A stretch of 64,000 nt of DNA from positions 430,794 through 494,793 of the forward strand of contig CAVXHK010000003.1 in the NCBI GenBank assembly GCA_963761705.1, in the 5' to 3' direction. The DNA is from an uncultured Verrucomicrobiae bacterium (GTDB lineage Bacteria > Verrucomicrobiota > Verrucomicrobiia > Chthoniobacterales > JAATET01). Shown here one piece after another: positions 19,160-28,694 of the stretch (position 1 is the first letter of the stretch; the number at the start of each line of letters is the position of its first letter). Both the position numbers and the translations under genes were made by a program. Below the pieces are notes generated by a model that saw nothing but the letters and a program-made list of their open reading frames with translations, was not told the origin of the DNA and made no database searches.

Positions 19160-20935
19160 ATGCGTTCCCTCGTGTGTTTTTCGGTTGTTGCCGGGTTGGT
19201 AAATTTGGTGGCCTCGGCCCGGGCTCAGAGTCCGGAGAAGCCGGAGCGGAAGCTACCGCTCAGCGTGGCGAATGGCGGATTTGAGCGATCTTACGGAGTC
19301 GAGAATCCCTGGACGGGCGTCAATTCGAAAGGAAAGCTGGATTCCTTCCGGGCCGCGGTCCCGGTCCTGACGGAGTCGGGGGCGATCGGCAAGACGCCGA
19401 TGCCGGTCTCGGTGGCGATCCACGACATGAACAACGATGGGTTGCCGGACCTCGTTACGGGGGATCCGAAGGGCTACGTGCGGATCTATTTCAATCAAGG
19501 GACGCCGACCGAGCCGAAATACACGACGGGCGAACTGGCGCAGGCCTACCTGTCGCAGCCGGTCGAGGAATTTGAGGGACGCGACTACACGCGCCTCGCT
19601 CCGCGGGTGAGCGTGGCAGAGCTCGGCGGTTCGCCGCAACTGCTGATCGGCAACTACTTTGGCGAAATCTTCATCCTGCCGAACAAAGGCAGCGCCCAGC
19701 AGCCGTCATTCGCGCAGCCGCCGGATCTCACGCGACTCATGATTCCGACGACAGCGAAAGGAAACGCGCGCTGGGGCAACGTTTTCGCGCCCGTGATGAT
19801 CGATTGGAACAACGACGGCAAGCAGGACATCCTGATCGGCGAGGGCTCGTATTCTGCAAACAACATCCACCTCGCGATCAACGAAGGGACGAACGGCTCG
19901 CCGAAATTCTCCGAGAACAATCGGCACGTTTTGGCCTTCGGCGACGGTCGCGAGCAGCTGACCCCGGCGGTCGTGGATTACAATGCCGACGGGCGTCCCG
20001 ACCTCCTCGTCGGCGCGCGTGACGGGAAGATCGGTGTCTATCTGCAAACCGACCAGCCGTGGGAGCCGGGGGTTGAGTTGCCCTTCGCTTCGTTTCTCTC
20101 GGGGGGTGGCAAGCCACTGGCGGCTCGTGGGATCACGACCATCGCGGCGGGTGATTTGAACGGAGACAAGAAGTTCGACGTTGTCGTCGGACAGGCCGAC
20201 GGCAACATCTCCTACGCGCTGAATACCGGGACGCTGCAGGAGCCGAAATTCGACGCGCTCAAAGAGTTTGGCGGGGCGACTCCGTTCCCCGCGATGCGCT
20301 GGCCTTCCGGCTGGGACGTCTCGCTGGGGTTGGAGCGCGGGAACAACCTCGCCTTCGTGTCGGTCGTGGACGAGGAGCCGGCCGAGGGAAAGAGCTGCTT
20401 GAAGATCGGCTACGTGCCGAACCCGAACGTCGTGATGCCGAGTCCTCTGAACGTCCTCCCGGCTCGCGGGAACTTCGATTTGGAGAAAGGATACAACGGG
20501 AACTTCTCCGCGAATGAGCTCATGGAGTCGGCTCCGTCGAACTTGGTGATGCTCCGGCAGCGGACGCCTTCGCGCCTGAAGATCGGCGATTCCTACACGC
20601 TCAGCTTCATGGCAAAGGGGAATCAAGTTAGTGACGCGGAGGTCTCGGTCATTTTCGATCAAAGCGAAAAAATTGGCGAGGATCAGATCGTGCGGGGTGA
20701 CCGCGGGCGGGCGACGGTGAAGCGCCAAGTCGAGTTTGAGCGTGTGCGCGAGTCCGAAGATTTCTCCGTTGGCTCGACGTGGCGCGAGGTGAAGTCGATC
20801 TTCACCCCACGATTCAAGAGCAGCATCCTGAACAAATTGGACGCAACTCGTTCGGTCGACATCGAAATCATCTTCGAACTCAAGCCCGGCGATGGTGTGC
20901 TCTACATCGACGACGTGAAGTTGACGAAAAATTAA
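19160..20935 (+). CDS. Secreted FG-GAP/VCBS-repeat protein with carbohydrate-binding-like domain
   Basis: Signal peptide; repeats DMNNDGLPDL, DWNNDGKQDI, DYNADGRPDL and DLNGDKKFDV; NGGFE and YIDDVKL CBM-like motifs. Start reassigned to ATG 19160. Confidence 0.8.
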   Translation: MRSLVCFSVVAGLVNLVASARAQSPEKPERKLPLSVANGGFERSYGVENPWTGVNSKGKLDSFRAAVPVLTESGAIGKTPMPVSVAIHDMNNDGLPDLVTGDPKGYVRIYFNQGTPTEPKYTTGELAQAYLSQPVEEFEGRDYTRLAPRVSVAELGGSPQLLIGNYFGEIFILPNKGSAQQPSFAQPPDLTRLMIPTTAKGNARWGNVFAPVMIDWNNDGKQDILIGEGSYSANNIHLAINEGTNGSPKFSENNRHVLAFGDGREQLTPAVVDYNADGRPDLLVGARDGKIGVYLQTDQPWEPGVELPFASFLSGGGKPLAARGITTIAAGDLNGDKKFDVVVGQADGNISYALNTGTLQEPKFDALKEFGGATPFPAMRWPSGWDVSLGLERGNNLAFVSVVDEEPAEGKSCLKIGYVPNPNVVMPSPLNVLPARGNFDLEKGYNGNFSANELMESAPSNLVMLRQRTPSRLKIGDSYTLSFMAKGNQVSDAEVSVIFDQSEKIGEDQIVRGDRGRATVKRQVEFERVRESEDFSVGSTWREVKSIFTPRFKSSILNKLDATRSVDIEIIFELKPGDGVLYIDDVKLTKN

Positions 20936-21903
20936 TGGCTGCCGCTCGCGTGCGCACGGCCTTCGTCATGGGAGCGGGCCTCGGATCCCGCCTGCGTCCG
21001 CTGACCGATTCCCGGCCGAAGCCGCTGGTGCCCGTTTTCAACAAGCCGTTGGTCACCTTTGCTCTCGACCACCTGCTGTCGGTTGGCGTCGAGCGGTTCG
21101 TGATTAATACCCACCACCTCGCCAACCGGTGGGCGGAGTTCCTTCCGGGCGCGACGTACCGCGGCGCCGCGATCGATTTCGTCTTCGAGCCCGAATTGCT
21201 CGAGACGGGTGGCGGAATCGCGAACGCGGTCGACCGAGTCAGCTGGCTGCGGGATGAACCCTTTTTTGTCTACAGCGGCGACGTTCTCACGGACGTGGAT
21301 CTTGGACGCCTCGCGATGGAACACGCCGCGAGCGGCTGCGACGTGACGGTCGGGCTGCGGGCAACGGGTCTGAGCGAAGCCATCGCCTGCCGCGATGGCC
21401 GGGTGATCGATTTCAAAGGGCGCCACGGCCACACCGGCGAATACGATTTCGCCAACGTGTCGATCTGGACGCGCAACTCGGTCGAGTGGCTCCCGCCAGC
21501 GCGTGAGAAGGCACCTTTTTTCCCGGTGCTGGCGGATCGGCTCGGGGGCGGAGGGAGGGTCGGTGGCGTCGTGCTGAACGACGGGGAGTGGTTTAACGTC
21601 GGGACGCGCGACGAGTATCTCCGAGTCCACCGCGTGATTGATGAATCCGGCTGGAGACCCGCTTATCTCGCCTCGGACGATCCTTGGCCCGTGCGGGTGC
21701 ATCCGACTGCAGAGGTCGCCGACGATGCCGTCATCGAGCAAACCGTTGTCATTGGAGCGCGGTCTCGCGTGGGTTCGCGGGCGAACTTGCGTGATTGCGT
21801 CGTGTGGGACGAAGCCGGGATCGACGCGGACGGTCAGCTGCACCGGTGCGTGGTTCGGGATTTTCAAATTGCCAGCGGGACGCGTACGGGCGAGGACATT
21901 TGA
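20935..21903 (+). CDS. Sugar-1-phosphate nucleotidyltransferase (MurU-like)
   Basis: MGAGLGSRLRPLTDSRPKPL, INTHHL, LETGGG; C-terminal left-handed beta-helix; next to an AmgK-like kinase. Confidence 0.85.
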   Translation: MAAARVRTAFVMGAGLGSRLRPLTDSRPKPLVPVFNKPLVTFALDHLLSVGVERFVINTHHLANRWAEFLPGATYRGAAIDFVFEPELLETGGGIANAVDRVSWLRDEPFFVYSGDVLTDVDLGRLAMEHAASGCDVTVGLRATGLSEAIACRDGRVIDFKGRHGHTGEYDFANVSIWTRNSVEWLPPAREKAPFFPVLADRLGGGGRVGGVVLNDGEWFNVGTRDEYLRVHRVIDESGWRPAYLASDDPWPVRVHPTAEVADDAVIEQTVVIGARSRVGSRANLRDCVVWDEAGIDADGQLHRCVVRDFQIASGTRTGEDI

Positions 21904-21918
21904 CCCTCTTTTGACCCA

Positions 21919-22908
21919 ATGCAGCCCGATTTTGTGATTTCCCAGACCCGCGAACGTTTTCCCGATCTGGGTCTGTCGGACGTGAGCGTTGTGCCGATTG
22001 AAAAGGGAGGCTCCGGGCGAAAATACTACCGCATCGCGGTCGGCGACGGGTCGTCGATGATCGTGGTGAAGTATTCGCCCGAGCGGACGGAGAATCTCAA
22101 GTTTGTCGATCTCGCGATTTTCCTGGACGCGAGTGGCGTGCGCGTACCGCGGATCCACTTCCACGATCCCGCCGAGGGGCTCATCTGGATGCAAGACCTT
22201 GGTTCGCAGGATCTTTGGAGTCTACGCGATGAGTCTTGGTCCGTGCGCGGCCCAGCCTACCGTTCCGCCATCGACGCCGTTTACGAGCTGCACACGTCGG
22301 CCTCCCGGGCGTTCGAAGCCTCGCCCGTGTCCGTCGAATTGGAGTTTGACGAGCAGCTGTATCTTTGGGAACAAGGATACTTCGTCGAGCATTGCCTAAT
22401 GGGGATTTTTGGACTCGATGCGAACGCCGCTGCTCGGGCGGCGGCCTTGCCGATCCTTGGCGAAATGGCGCTGGCGCTGTCCCGCGAGCCGCGCGTGCTG
22501 GTGCATCGCGATTTTCAGTCGCAAAACGTCCTCGTCTTCGGGGGGCAAGGCTGGCTCATTGACTTCCAAGGCCTGCGCCCCGGTCTTCCTCAATACGATC
22601 TCGCTTCGTTGCTCTACGACCCCTACGTCACCCTCACCGACGGCGAACGATCCGAGCTGTTGACCCACTACCGGGACCTCGCAGCGAAGCGGGGGGTTGC
22701 GGTCGGTGATAACTTTGAAGAAATCTTCTGGATGTGCGCGGCGCAGCGATTGATGCAAGCGCTCGGGGCCTACGGGTTTCTGGGACTGCGCGGGGGTCGA
22801 CCTGACTTCCTGGAATACGTCCCCGCCGCCCAGCGTTCGCTCCGAGAGGTGGCGAAGCGCATCGACGGAACCGACGAACTCATCCAACTGCTCGAAAATC
22901 TCCCGTGA
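21919..22908 (+). CDS. APH-fold phosphotransferase (AmgK-like anomeric sugar kinase)
   Basis: GGSGRKYYR, HRDFQSQN, IDFQG, YDLASLLYD, QRLMQALGAY. Confidence 0.85.
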   Translation: MQPDFVISQTRERFPDLGLSDVSVVPIEKGGSGRKYYRIAVGDGSSMIVVKYSPERTENLKFVDLAIFLDASGVRVPRIHFHDPAEGLIWMQDLGSQDLWSLRDESWSVRGPAYRSAIDAVYELHTSASRAFEASPVSVELEFDEQLYLWEQGYFVEHCLMGIFGLDANAAARAAALPILGEMALALSREPRVLVHRDFQSQNVLVFGGQGWLIDFQGLRPGLPQYDLASLLYDPYVTLTDGERSELLTHYRDLAAKRGVAVGDNFEEIFWMCAAQRLMQALGAYGFLGLRGGRPDFLEYVPAAQRSLREVAKRIDGTDELIQLLENLP

Positions 22909-24905
22909 AAAGTGAATACCCGCCCACCGTTGTCATCGAAAACATCTCGCCGCTCGTTTCGCGCGGCAAACACCCCGTCAAGCGCGCGGTCGGCGAGGAA
23001 CTCACCGTCGAAGCCGACATCTTCAAGGAAGGTCACGACGTCGTACGGGCGAGCTTGAAGTGGCGACCGGTCGGCGCCGACACTTGGCACGAGACGGCGA
23101 TGACGCCGCTCGTGAACGACCGCTGGACCGGCACGTTGTCGGTGAGCGAGCCGGGTCACTGGGAGGCGGTCATCCAAGCTTGGGGCGACGATTTCCTGTC
23201 TTGGCAGGACGAGGTCGTCAAAAAGGTCGACGGAGGGCTGGAGAATCTGACGAGCGAGTCGCTGGAAGGTGCGCGCATGCTCCGCGATGCCGCCAAACGC
23301 TCGAAGGACTCGGCGGACAAGAAGCTCCTCGAGAAATTCGCGAAATCGCTCGAGTCCTCGACTCCCGCTGAACTGAAAGCCATCGCGATCGACCCCGAAG
23401 TCGAGGGGCGCATGGAGTATCTGCTGGACCGAACCCTCGCGACGACGGCGGACCCAGTCATGCCGATCTGGGTCGACCGCAAACGGGCCGCTTACGCGAG
23501 CTGGTATGAATTTTTCCCACGCTCTGCCGAAGGCAAGCCCGACTCGGGATCGACCTTCCGCGATTGCTTGCCTCGCATCGACGACGCGAAAGCGATGGGC
23601 TTCGACGTGATTTATTTTCCGCCGATCCATCCCATTGGGGTATCGAACCGCAAGGGTCCGAACAACACACTCAACGCTGGTCCTGGCGATCCCGGGGTGC
23701 CTTACGCGATTGGCAATTCAGCGCAGGGCGTAAACGGCGGTGGTCACAAGGACGTCGCGCCAGAGCTCGGCACGCTCGAAGATTTCGACTGGCTCGTTGG
23801 AGAGCTGCACGACCGCGACATGGAGATCGCGCTGGATTTTGCCATCAATTGCTCGCCCGATCATCCCTACGTGCGCGACCACCCCGATTGGTTCTTCAAG
23901 CGTCCGGACGGCACGATCAAATACGCGGAGAATCCCCCGAAGAAATATCAGGACGTCTATCCGCTCAACTTCCACTGCAAGGACTGGCGAGCACTCTGGG
24001 ACGAACTTCGCGATGTTCTCATCTTCTGGGCCGATCGCGGCGTGAAGATCTTCCGCGTCGACAACCCGCACACCAAACCCTTCTCGTTCTGGGAATGGGT
24101 TATCGCCGAAGTGCTGGCCAAGCACCCGGACGTCATTTTCCTGAGCGAGGCCTTCACCCGGCCCAAGATGATGCAGGAGCTGGCGAAGGTCGGCTACACG
24201 CAGAGCTACACGTATTTCACCTGGCGCGAGACGAAAGAGGACCTCACGGAGTACCTTGAAGAACTCTGCCAGGGGCCGATGGCGGACTACTTCCGCGGAA
24301 ATTTCTTCACCAATACGCCCGATATCCTGCCCGAGCACCTCGTCACCGGTGGACGTCCGGCATTTCTCATTCGCGCGGTTCTGGCGACAACGCTTGTGCC
24401 CGTTTACGGGATCTACAGCGGCTTCGAACTGTGCGAAAATGACCAGTTTCCTGGCAAGGAAGAGTACAATCACTCCGAGAAATACGACTTCAAGGGCCGC
24501 GACTGGAACGCCCCGGGGAACATCAAAGACTGGATCACCGCCCTCAACCGTGCCCGCCGCGAGAACCGGGCGTTGCAGGAATACCGCAACCTAGCGTTCC
24601 ACAAGTCCGACAACGACCAGATCCTCTTTTTCAGCAAGATGACTGCGGGTCGCGACAACATCGTCTTCGTGGCCGTCAACCTCGACCCATTCGCGACTCA
24701 GAGCGGCTTCGTCGACGTGCCGGTGCAGGACTTTGGACTGCTGCCGGGCGGCCGCTACCGGGTGCGCGATCTGCTGTCGAACGAGACTTTCAACTGGTCA
24801 GGCAGCCGCAACTTCGTCTCCCTCGATCCCCGAAACCGCCCCGCCCACGTCCTGGTCGTTGAACGCTGGACCGGCCGCGAGGCCGGCAGAGACGTGTTCG
24901 AGTAG
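22905..24905 (+). CDS. glgE: Alpha-1,4-glucan:maltose-1-phosphate maltosyltransferase
   Basis: WYEFFPRS, AENPPKKYQD, FRVDNPHTKP, FLSEAFTRP, QSYTYFTWR, NTPDIL. Confidence 0.95.
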   Translation: MKSEYPPTVVIENISPLVSRGKHPVKRAVGEELTVEADIFKEGHDVVRASLKWRPVGADTWHETAMTPLVNDRWTGTLSVSEPGHWEAVIQAWGDDFLSWQDEVVKKVDGGLENLTSESLEGARMLRDAAKRSKDSADKKLLEKFAKSLESSTPAELKAIAIDPEVEGRMEYLLDRTLATTADPVMPIWVDRKRAAYASWYEFFPRSAEGKPDSGSTFRDCLPRIDDAKAMGFDVIYFPPIHPIGVSNRKGPNNTLNAGPGDPGVPYAIGNSAQGVNGGGHKDVAPELGTLEDFDWLVGELHDRDMEIALDFAINCSPDHPYVRDHPDWFFKRPDGTIKYAENPPKKYQDVYPLNFHCKDWRALWDELRDVLIFWADRGVKIFRVDNPHTKPFSFWEWVIAEVLAKHPDVIFLSEAFTRPKMMQELAKVGYTQSYTYFTWRETKEDLTEYLEELCQGPMADYFRGNFFTNTPDILPEHLVTGGRPAFLIRAVLATTLVPVYGIYSGFELCENDQFPGKEEYNHSEKYDFKGRDWNAPGNIKDWITALNRARRENRALQEYRNLAFHKSDNDQILFFSKMTAGRDNIVFVAVNLDPFATQSGFVDVPVQDFGLLPGGRYRVRDLLSNETFNWSGSRNFVSLDPRNRPAHVLVVERWTGREAGRDVFE

Positions 24906-25034
24906 ACGAAAGCGCGAAGCGGCGGGTCATAACTCCGACTGAGCCGCTGGGAACATCCTCCGGACGATAGCGTCCGACGGCTTCGCAACTGACTGAGTCG
25001 CGTTTGTGCGCAGCGCAGTTATTTTTTTGCAGAA

Positions 25035-25050
25035 TGGCAAGTTTCTTGCT
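25035..25050 (+). promoter_or_regulatory. Sigma-54 (-24/-12) promoter motif for the PEP-CTERM gene
   Basis: TGGCAAGTTTCTTGCT has GG-N10-GC spacing and lies 100 nt upstream of the ATG. Confidence 0.65.
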
Positions 25051-25149
25051 TCTCGGGCGTGTGACGAAAACGTCACTTCGATAGGTCGGGACTGACTTGC
25101 GACAATGTCGGAGTCACCTACGGTTTCGCGGCCCGCCGACTGAACGGTC

Positions 25150-27621
25150 ATGATTTTTACTCAATCGATTGCATCCACCATGAAAAACAAAATTTCTTTC
25201 AGGACCCCGAAGACCTTCCGCGCTGCCTTGCTCGCGCTCATTTGCGGCGGGTCTCTCGGAACCGCCCATTTCCTGCATGCGGCAACACCGATCTCGTTCA
25301 GCGGCACGACCTACTCGGAAAATTTTGACGGGCTTCCGAGTGCCACACCCGATCCGACCTTTGCCAGTGCGGGTCCATTCGATGTCCCTGGCATTGCCGG
25401 GTGGAGTTTTTTCAAAGCCGAGGGCAATAGTGCCCCCGCGTTGTTCCGGGTTGGCGATGGCAGCGCAAACAGCGGAAGCATGTATAGTTTCGGCTCAGTT
25501 GGAAGCTCCGACCGTGCTTTGGGAGGTCTCGCCAGCGGATCAGGGGGTTACCAGTTCGGTGCGGTTTTCACCAACGATACGCTTTCAACGCTCACCTCAT
25601 TTACGCTGAACTACAACGGGGAGCAATGGCGCTACGGTGGGTCTGGCGATCGTCAGTCGCCGTTCGTTTTCGAATACAGCCTGAACGCCCCGGACATCAC
25701 GAGCGGTATCTTCAGCCCGGCCCCTTCGCTCAATCTGACACCAACGATCACCACCGGGGAAAACGGTGGGGCGCTCGACGGGAACCTCGCCGCGAACCAG
25801 ACGACGATCAGCTCAACAACCTCCGGATTTCTATGGCAGCCGGGAACGACGCTGACGATTCGGTGGACGGACACCAACAACGCGGGATCAGACGACGGCC
25901 TAGCGGTCGATGACCTTAGCTTTGATGCCGTTGCCGGCTCATTTTCGACCTTGGTTTGGAATCAGACCGGTGGGGACTGGAATACGACCGATGCCAACTG
26001 GACGGGCGAATCGACCGTCTACAGTGACGGCGACTTGGTTCAATTCACGGATGCGAACGTCGGAACCGTCAATCTCGACGCGGGCGGCGTTTCGCCGATT
26101 CAGGCGCAGGTGACAAACACCACCGGAACCTACTCGTTCGTTGGCGGTCCGCTCACGGGGAGTGGCTCCCTAGTCAAAACGGGTGCGGGCACTCTTGAAC
26201 TCGGCGTGACGACCGACATGACCGGCGGGATAACGATCAACGAAGGAACCGTGAGAACGACGGATAGTAACCTCCTCGGCGACAGCCTCGCGATCTCTGT
26301 CAACAGTGGCGGAGTTCTCGATCTCGCCGCAAATACCGACCAGATTGGCAATCTGTTCCTCACCGGCGGAACCGTTCGAACGGACGGGTTGAGCGGAGTA
26401 GTGGTTTTAGGTCAGTCGGTCAACGTTCTCGCGGACGCCGGCGGCTCATTCATCGAGGGATTCGTGGCTACGAACGGGATCGCGCCAGATTTCTCGGTCG
26501 CCGACGGCGCAGCAGCCATCGACCTGACGATCAGCGCGTCATTGCTGGGAGCCGACCGGATCACTTTCGAGGGACCGGGAACGACTGCCCTGAACGGTGA
26601 TAACATTGGTCACTCGGGCGGCATTTCACTCAACGCGGGAATTCTGGAGTTGGCATCGAATACTAGCCTAGGAACGGGTTCGTTGTTTTTCAACGGTGGC
26701 ACGGTCCGGGCCTCCTCGGATTTGAGCGGAGCAAACGCCATCAACGTGACGGTGAGTCACGGCGGAGACGCGACCGTGGATGCCACGGCGAACGCGATCG
26801 AGTTCACAAGCTTCAGCACGTCATTCGGCTCAGCTGCAAAGACGCTGACCGTCCTCGGAGACGTAACGATCTCTGGGGTGATCGCGAATGGTGGAGCGGA
26901 AGGGCAATTTGCAGGTGTCTTGAATAAAGCCGGCAGCGGAACCCTGACACTCACCCAGCAAAATACCTATACCGGAATCACCACGGTCCAGGGAGGTACC
27001 TTGGCTTTGGCGGACGGTGCTGGGATCTCGGCGAGTTCGTCGATTCGCGTCGATGCTGGGGCGACCTTTGACCTCTCGGCTCAGACCACGGAATACGTGA
27101 TCACAAAGAACGCCGAGGTGACGCAGAGCCTGCAGGGTGGTGGCGTGGTCGTCGCACCAACGGCGGGTCTGGTCGTGAACGGAGATCTTGCTCCCGGGGG
27201 TCCGTTGGCTGCTACGTTGACGCAGACGCTAACCATCCAGGGTGGCCCGGTCACGTTCGGGAGCGAGTCCAGCCTGACGATGCAGCTGGCGGGTCTGCTC
27301 GGAGCGGAGTTTGATCAGTTAGTTGTCTCGGAGGGCTTGCTGACTCTGGATGGAACGCTCGTGCTATCTCTCTCCGGGGGATTCGTTCCAACCGAATCCG
27401 ATCAGTTTACGATCGTCTCAGGTCTACAGGGGATCTCCGGAGCCTTCGCAAACGCGGCCTTTGGCGATCGAGTGGCGTTCGCCGATGGATCGTTCCTCGT
27501 CAGCCTCTCGGGAAATGACGTTGTTTTGTCGAACTACATGCCTGTCCCCGAGCCGACTACGATTCTATTGCTAGTTATTTCCGGAGTTGCTCTCTACGCC
27601 TATCGCCGTCGAGCCGCTTGA
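25150..27621 (+). CDS. PEP-CTERM sorting-domain protein with autotransporter-associated beta-strand repeats
   Basis: Signal peptide; repeats GSLVKTGAGTLEL...GGITINEGT and LNKAGSGTLTLTQQNTYTGITTVQGGTL; C-terminal VPEPTT + TM + RRR. Start may be 25180. Confidence 0.92.
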   Translation: MIFTQSIASTMKNKISFRTPKTFRAALLALICGGSLGTAHFLHAATPISFSGTTYSENFDGLPSATPDPTFASAGPFDVPGIAGWSFFKAEGNSAPALFRVGDGSANSGSMYSFGSVGSSDRALGGLASGSGGYQFGAVFTNDTLSTLTSFTLNYNGEQWRYGGSGDRQSPFVFEYSLNAPDITSGIFSPAPSLNLTPTITTGENGGALDGNLAANQTTISSTTSGFLWQPGTTLTIRWTDTNNAGSDDGLAVDDLSFDAVAGSFSTLVWNQTGGDWNTTDANWTGESTVYSDGDLVQFTDANVGTVNLDAGGVSPIQAQVTNTTGTYSFVGGPLTGSGSLVKTGAGTLELGVTTDMTGGITINEGTVRTTDSNLLGDSLAISVNSGGVLDLAANTDQIGNLFLTGGTVRTDGLSGVVVLGQSVNVLADAGGSFIEGFVATNGIAPDFSVADGAAAIDLTISASLLGADRITFEGPGTTALNGDNIGHSGGISLNAGILELASNTSLGTGSLFFNGGTVRASSDLSGANAINVTVSHGGDATVDATANAIEFTSFSTSFGSAAKTLTVLGDVTISGVIANGGAEGQFAGVLNKAGSGTLTLTQQNTYTGITTVQGGTLALADGAGISASSSIRVDAGATFDLSAQTTEYVITKNAEVTQSLQGGGVVVAPTAGLVVNGDLAPGGPLAATLTQTLTIQGGPVTFGSESSLTMQLAGLLGAEFDQLVVSEGLLTLDGTLVLSLSGGFVPTESDQFTIVSGLQGISGAFANAAFGDRVAFADGSFLVSLSGNDVVLSNYMPVPEPTTILLLVISGVALYAYRRRAA

Positions 27622-28033
27622 TTTTGTCACTTCGAAACTGGCTTGCGGCAGATGGGCCCACTTATCTTGAGCAGTTGGATCTTCGCTTGAAACACGTTTT
27701 GAGTAGATCCCTATCCAGCCCTTGAGAAGTAGCTTTGACAAAATCTTCTAAAGGTCAGCTCCCGCATTCGTCGAGGCAGGGGTTCGGCTGACGGATCGAT
27801 CGTTAGCGAAAGGTTGAACTTAAAGACGATTTTTCTGGAGGCAATATCCTACAGTTGCTTGTCGGGTGCTTCATAAAAAACGGGGGCGCGAGCCAGTATC
27901 CGAATGAGCTAAAAGTATCCCCAAGTTGCTCGTTCTGCGGTTTCATCTAGTGCGAAAGCCCTTTAATCGTAAGGCGCTAGTTAGCCTCGTCCAAACGATT
28001 TTTTGCCCAACGGTGATTCCGAGAGTTTTTGAA

Positions 28034-28669
28034 TTATCGTATGAGGTCTGGTGTACGCTCCATGTCGTGTATGAGCCAAGGCGTTGACCCCATTGAGAGC
28101 AAAATTCCCCTGTAAGCAGGAGCTCTTTTTTGAGTCACTGCGTCATAGCCCTCCCCGTTGCCATCCGGGAGCCAATCAATCGAATCGATTACCAGGTCGT
28201 TTACCACGATTTCAACGCGTGCCGCCACGGGTGTACCGAATCTTTCCGTGGCGTTTGGGCTTAGATACATCACGGCCGAGGAAGTACCCTCCTTAACGTT
28301 GGAGTAGGTGATTTCGCCAGTGAGGTTGCGAAGACGCGACTTTTTTCCAATCTGTGGGTCAACAATCATCGAGTAGCGAAACGTGACGTTGTCCGTCCAT
28401 GGATCCGTCGTCTTGAAATCGCAGACCAATTTGGCCCAGTTTTCAGTTGTCCCCGGAAGCGCTTCCTGAATGAATTTGAACTCTACTCCCGAGATATTCT
28501 CGTCCGGTTTCGCTCGTTGTGATTCGTTGGGAATAGGTTGTGCTGAGATGCTCGGAAATGAATCGACGACACCTACGAACGCGATCAACAAAAGCAGAAA
28601 GCGTTCAGTTTGAGGGAGGAAATGCCTAACCTTTATTCTTCGGTTGAAACGAATTGGGTCTGCCGTCAT
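28034..28669 (-). CDS. Amuc_1102-like pilus-associated exported protein (paralogue 2)
   Basis: WAKLVCDFKT...LTGEITYSNV...VMYLSPNATERFG...TPWL; clearly similar to 28695-29249. Family call is from recalled motif pattern. Confidence 0.6.
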   Translation of the reverse strand: MTADPIRFNRRIKVRHFLPQTERFLLLLIAFVGVVDSFPSISAQPIPNESQRAKPDENISGVEFKFIQEALPGTTENWAKLVCDFKTTDPWTDNVTFRYSMIVDPQIGKKSRLRNLTGEITYSNVKEGTSSAVMYLSPNATERFGTPVAARVEIVVNDLVIDSIDWLPDGNGEGYDAVTQKRAPAYRGILLSMGSTPWLIHDMERTPDLIR

Positions 28670-28694
28670 TTTAAGAATCGCGGGTTTCGCGGGA

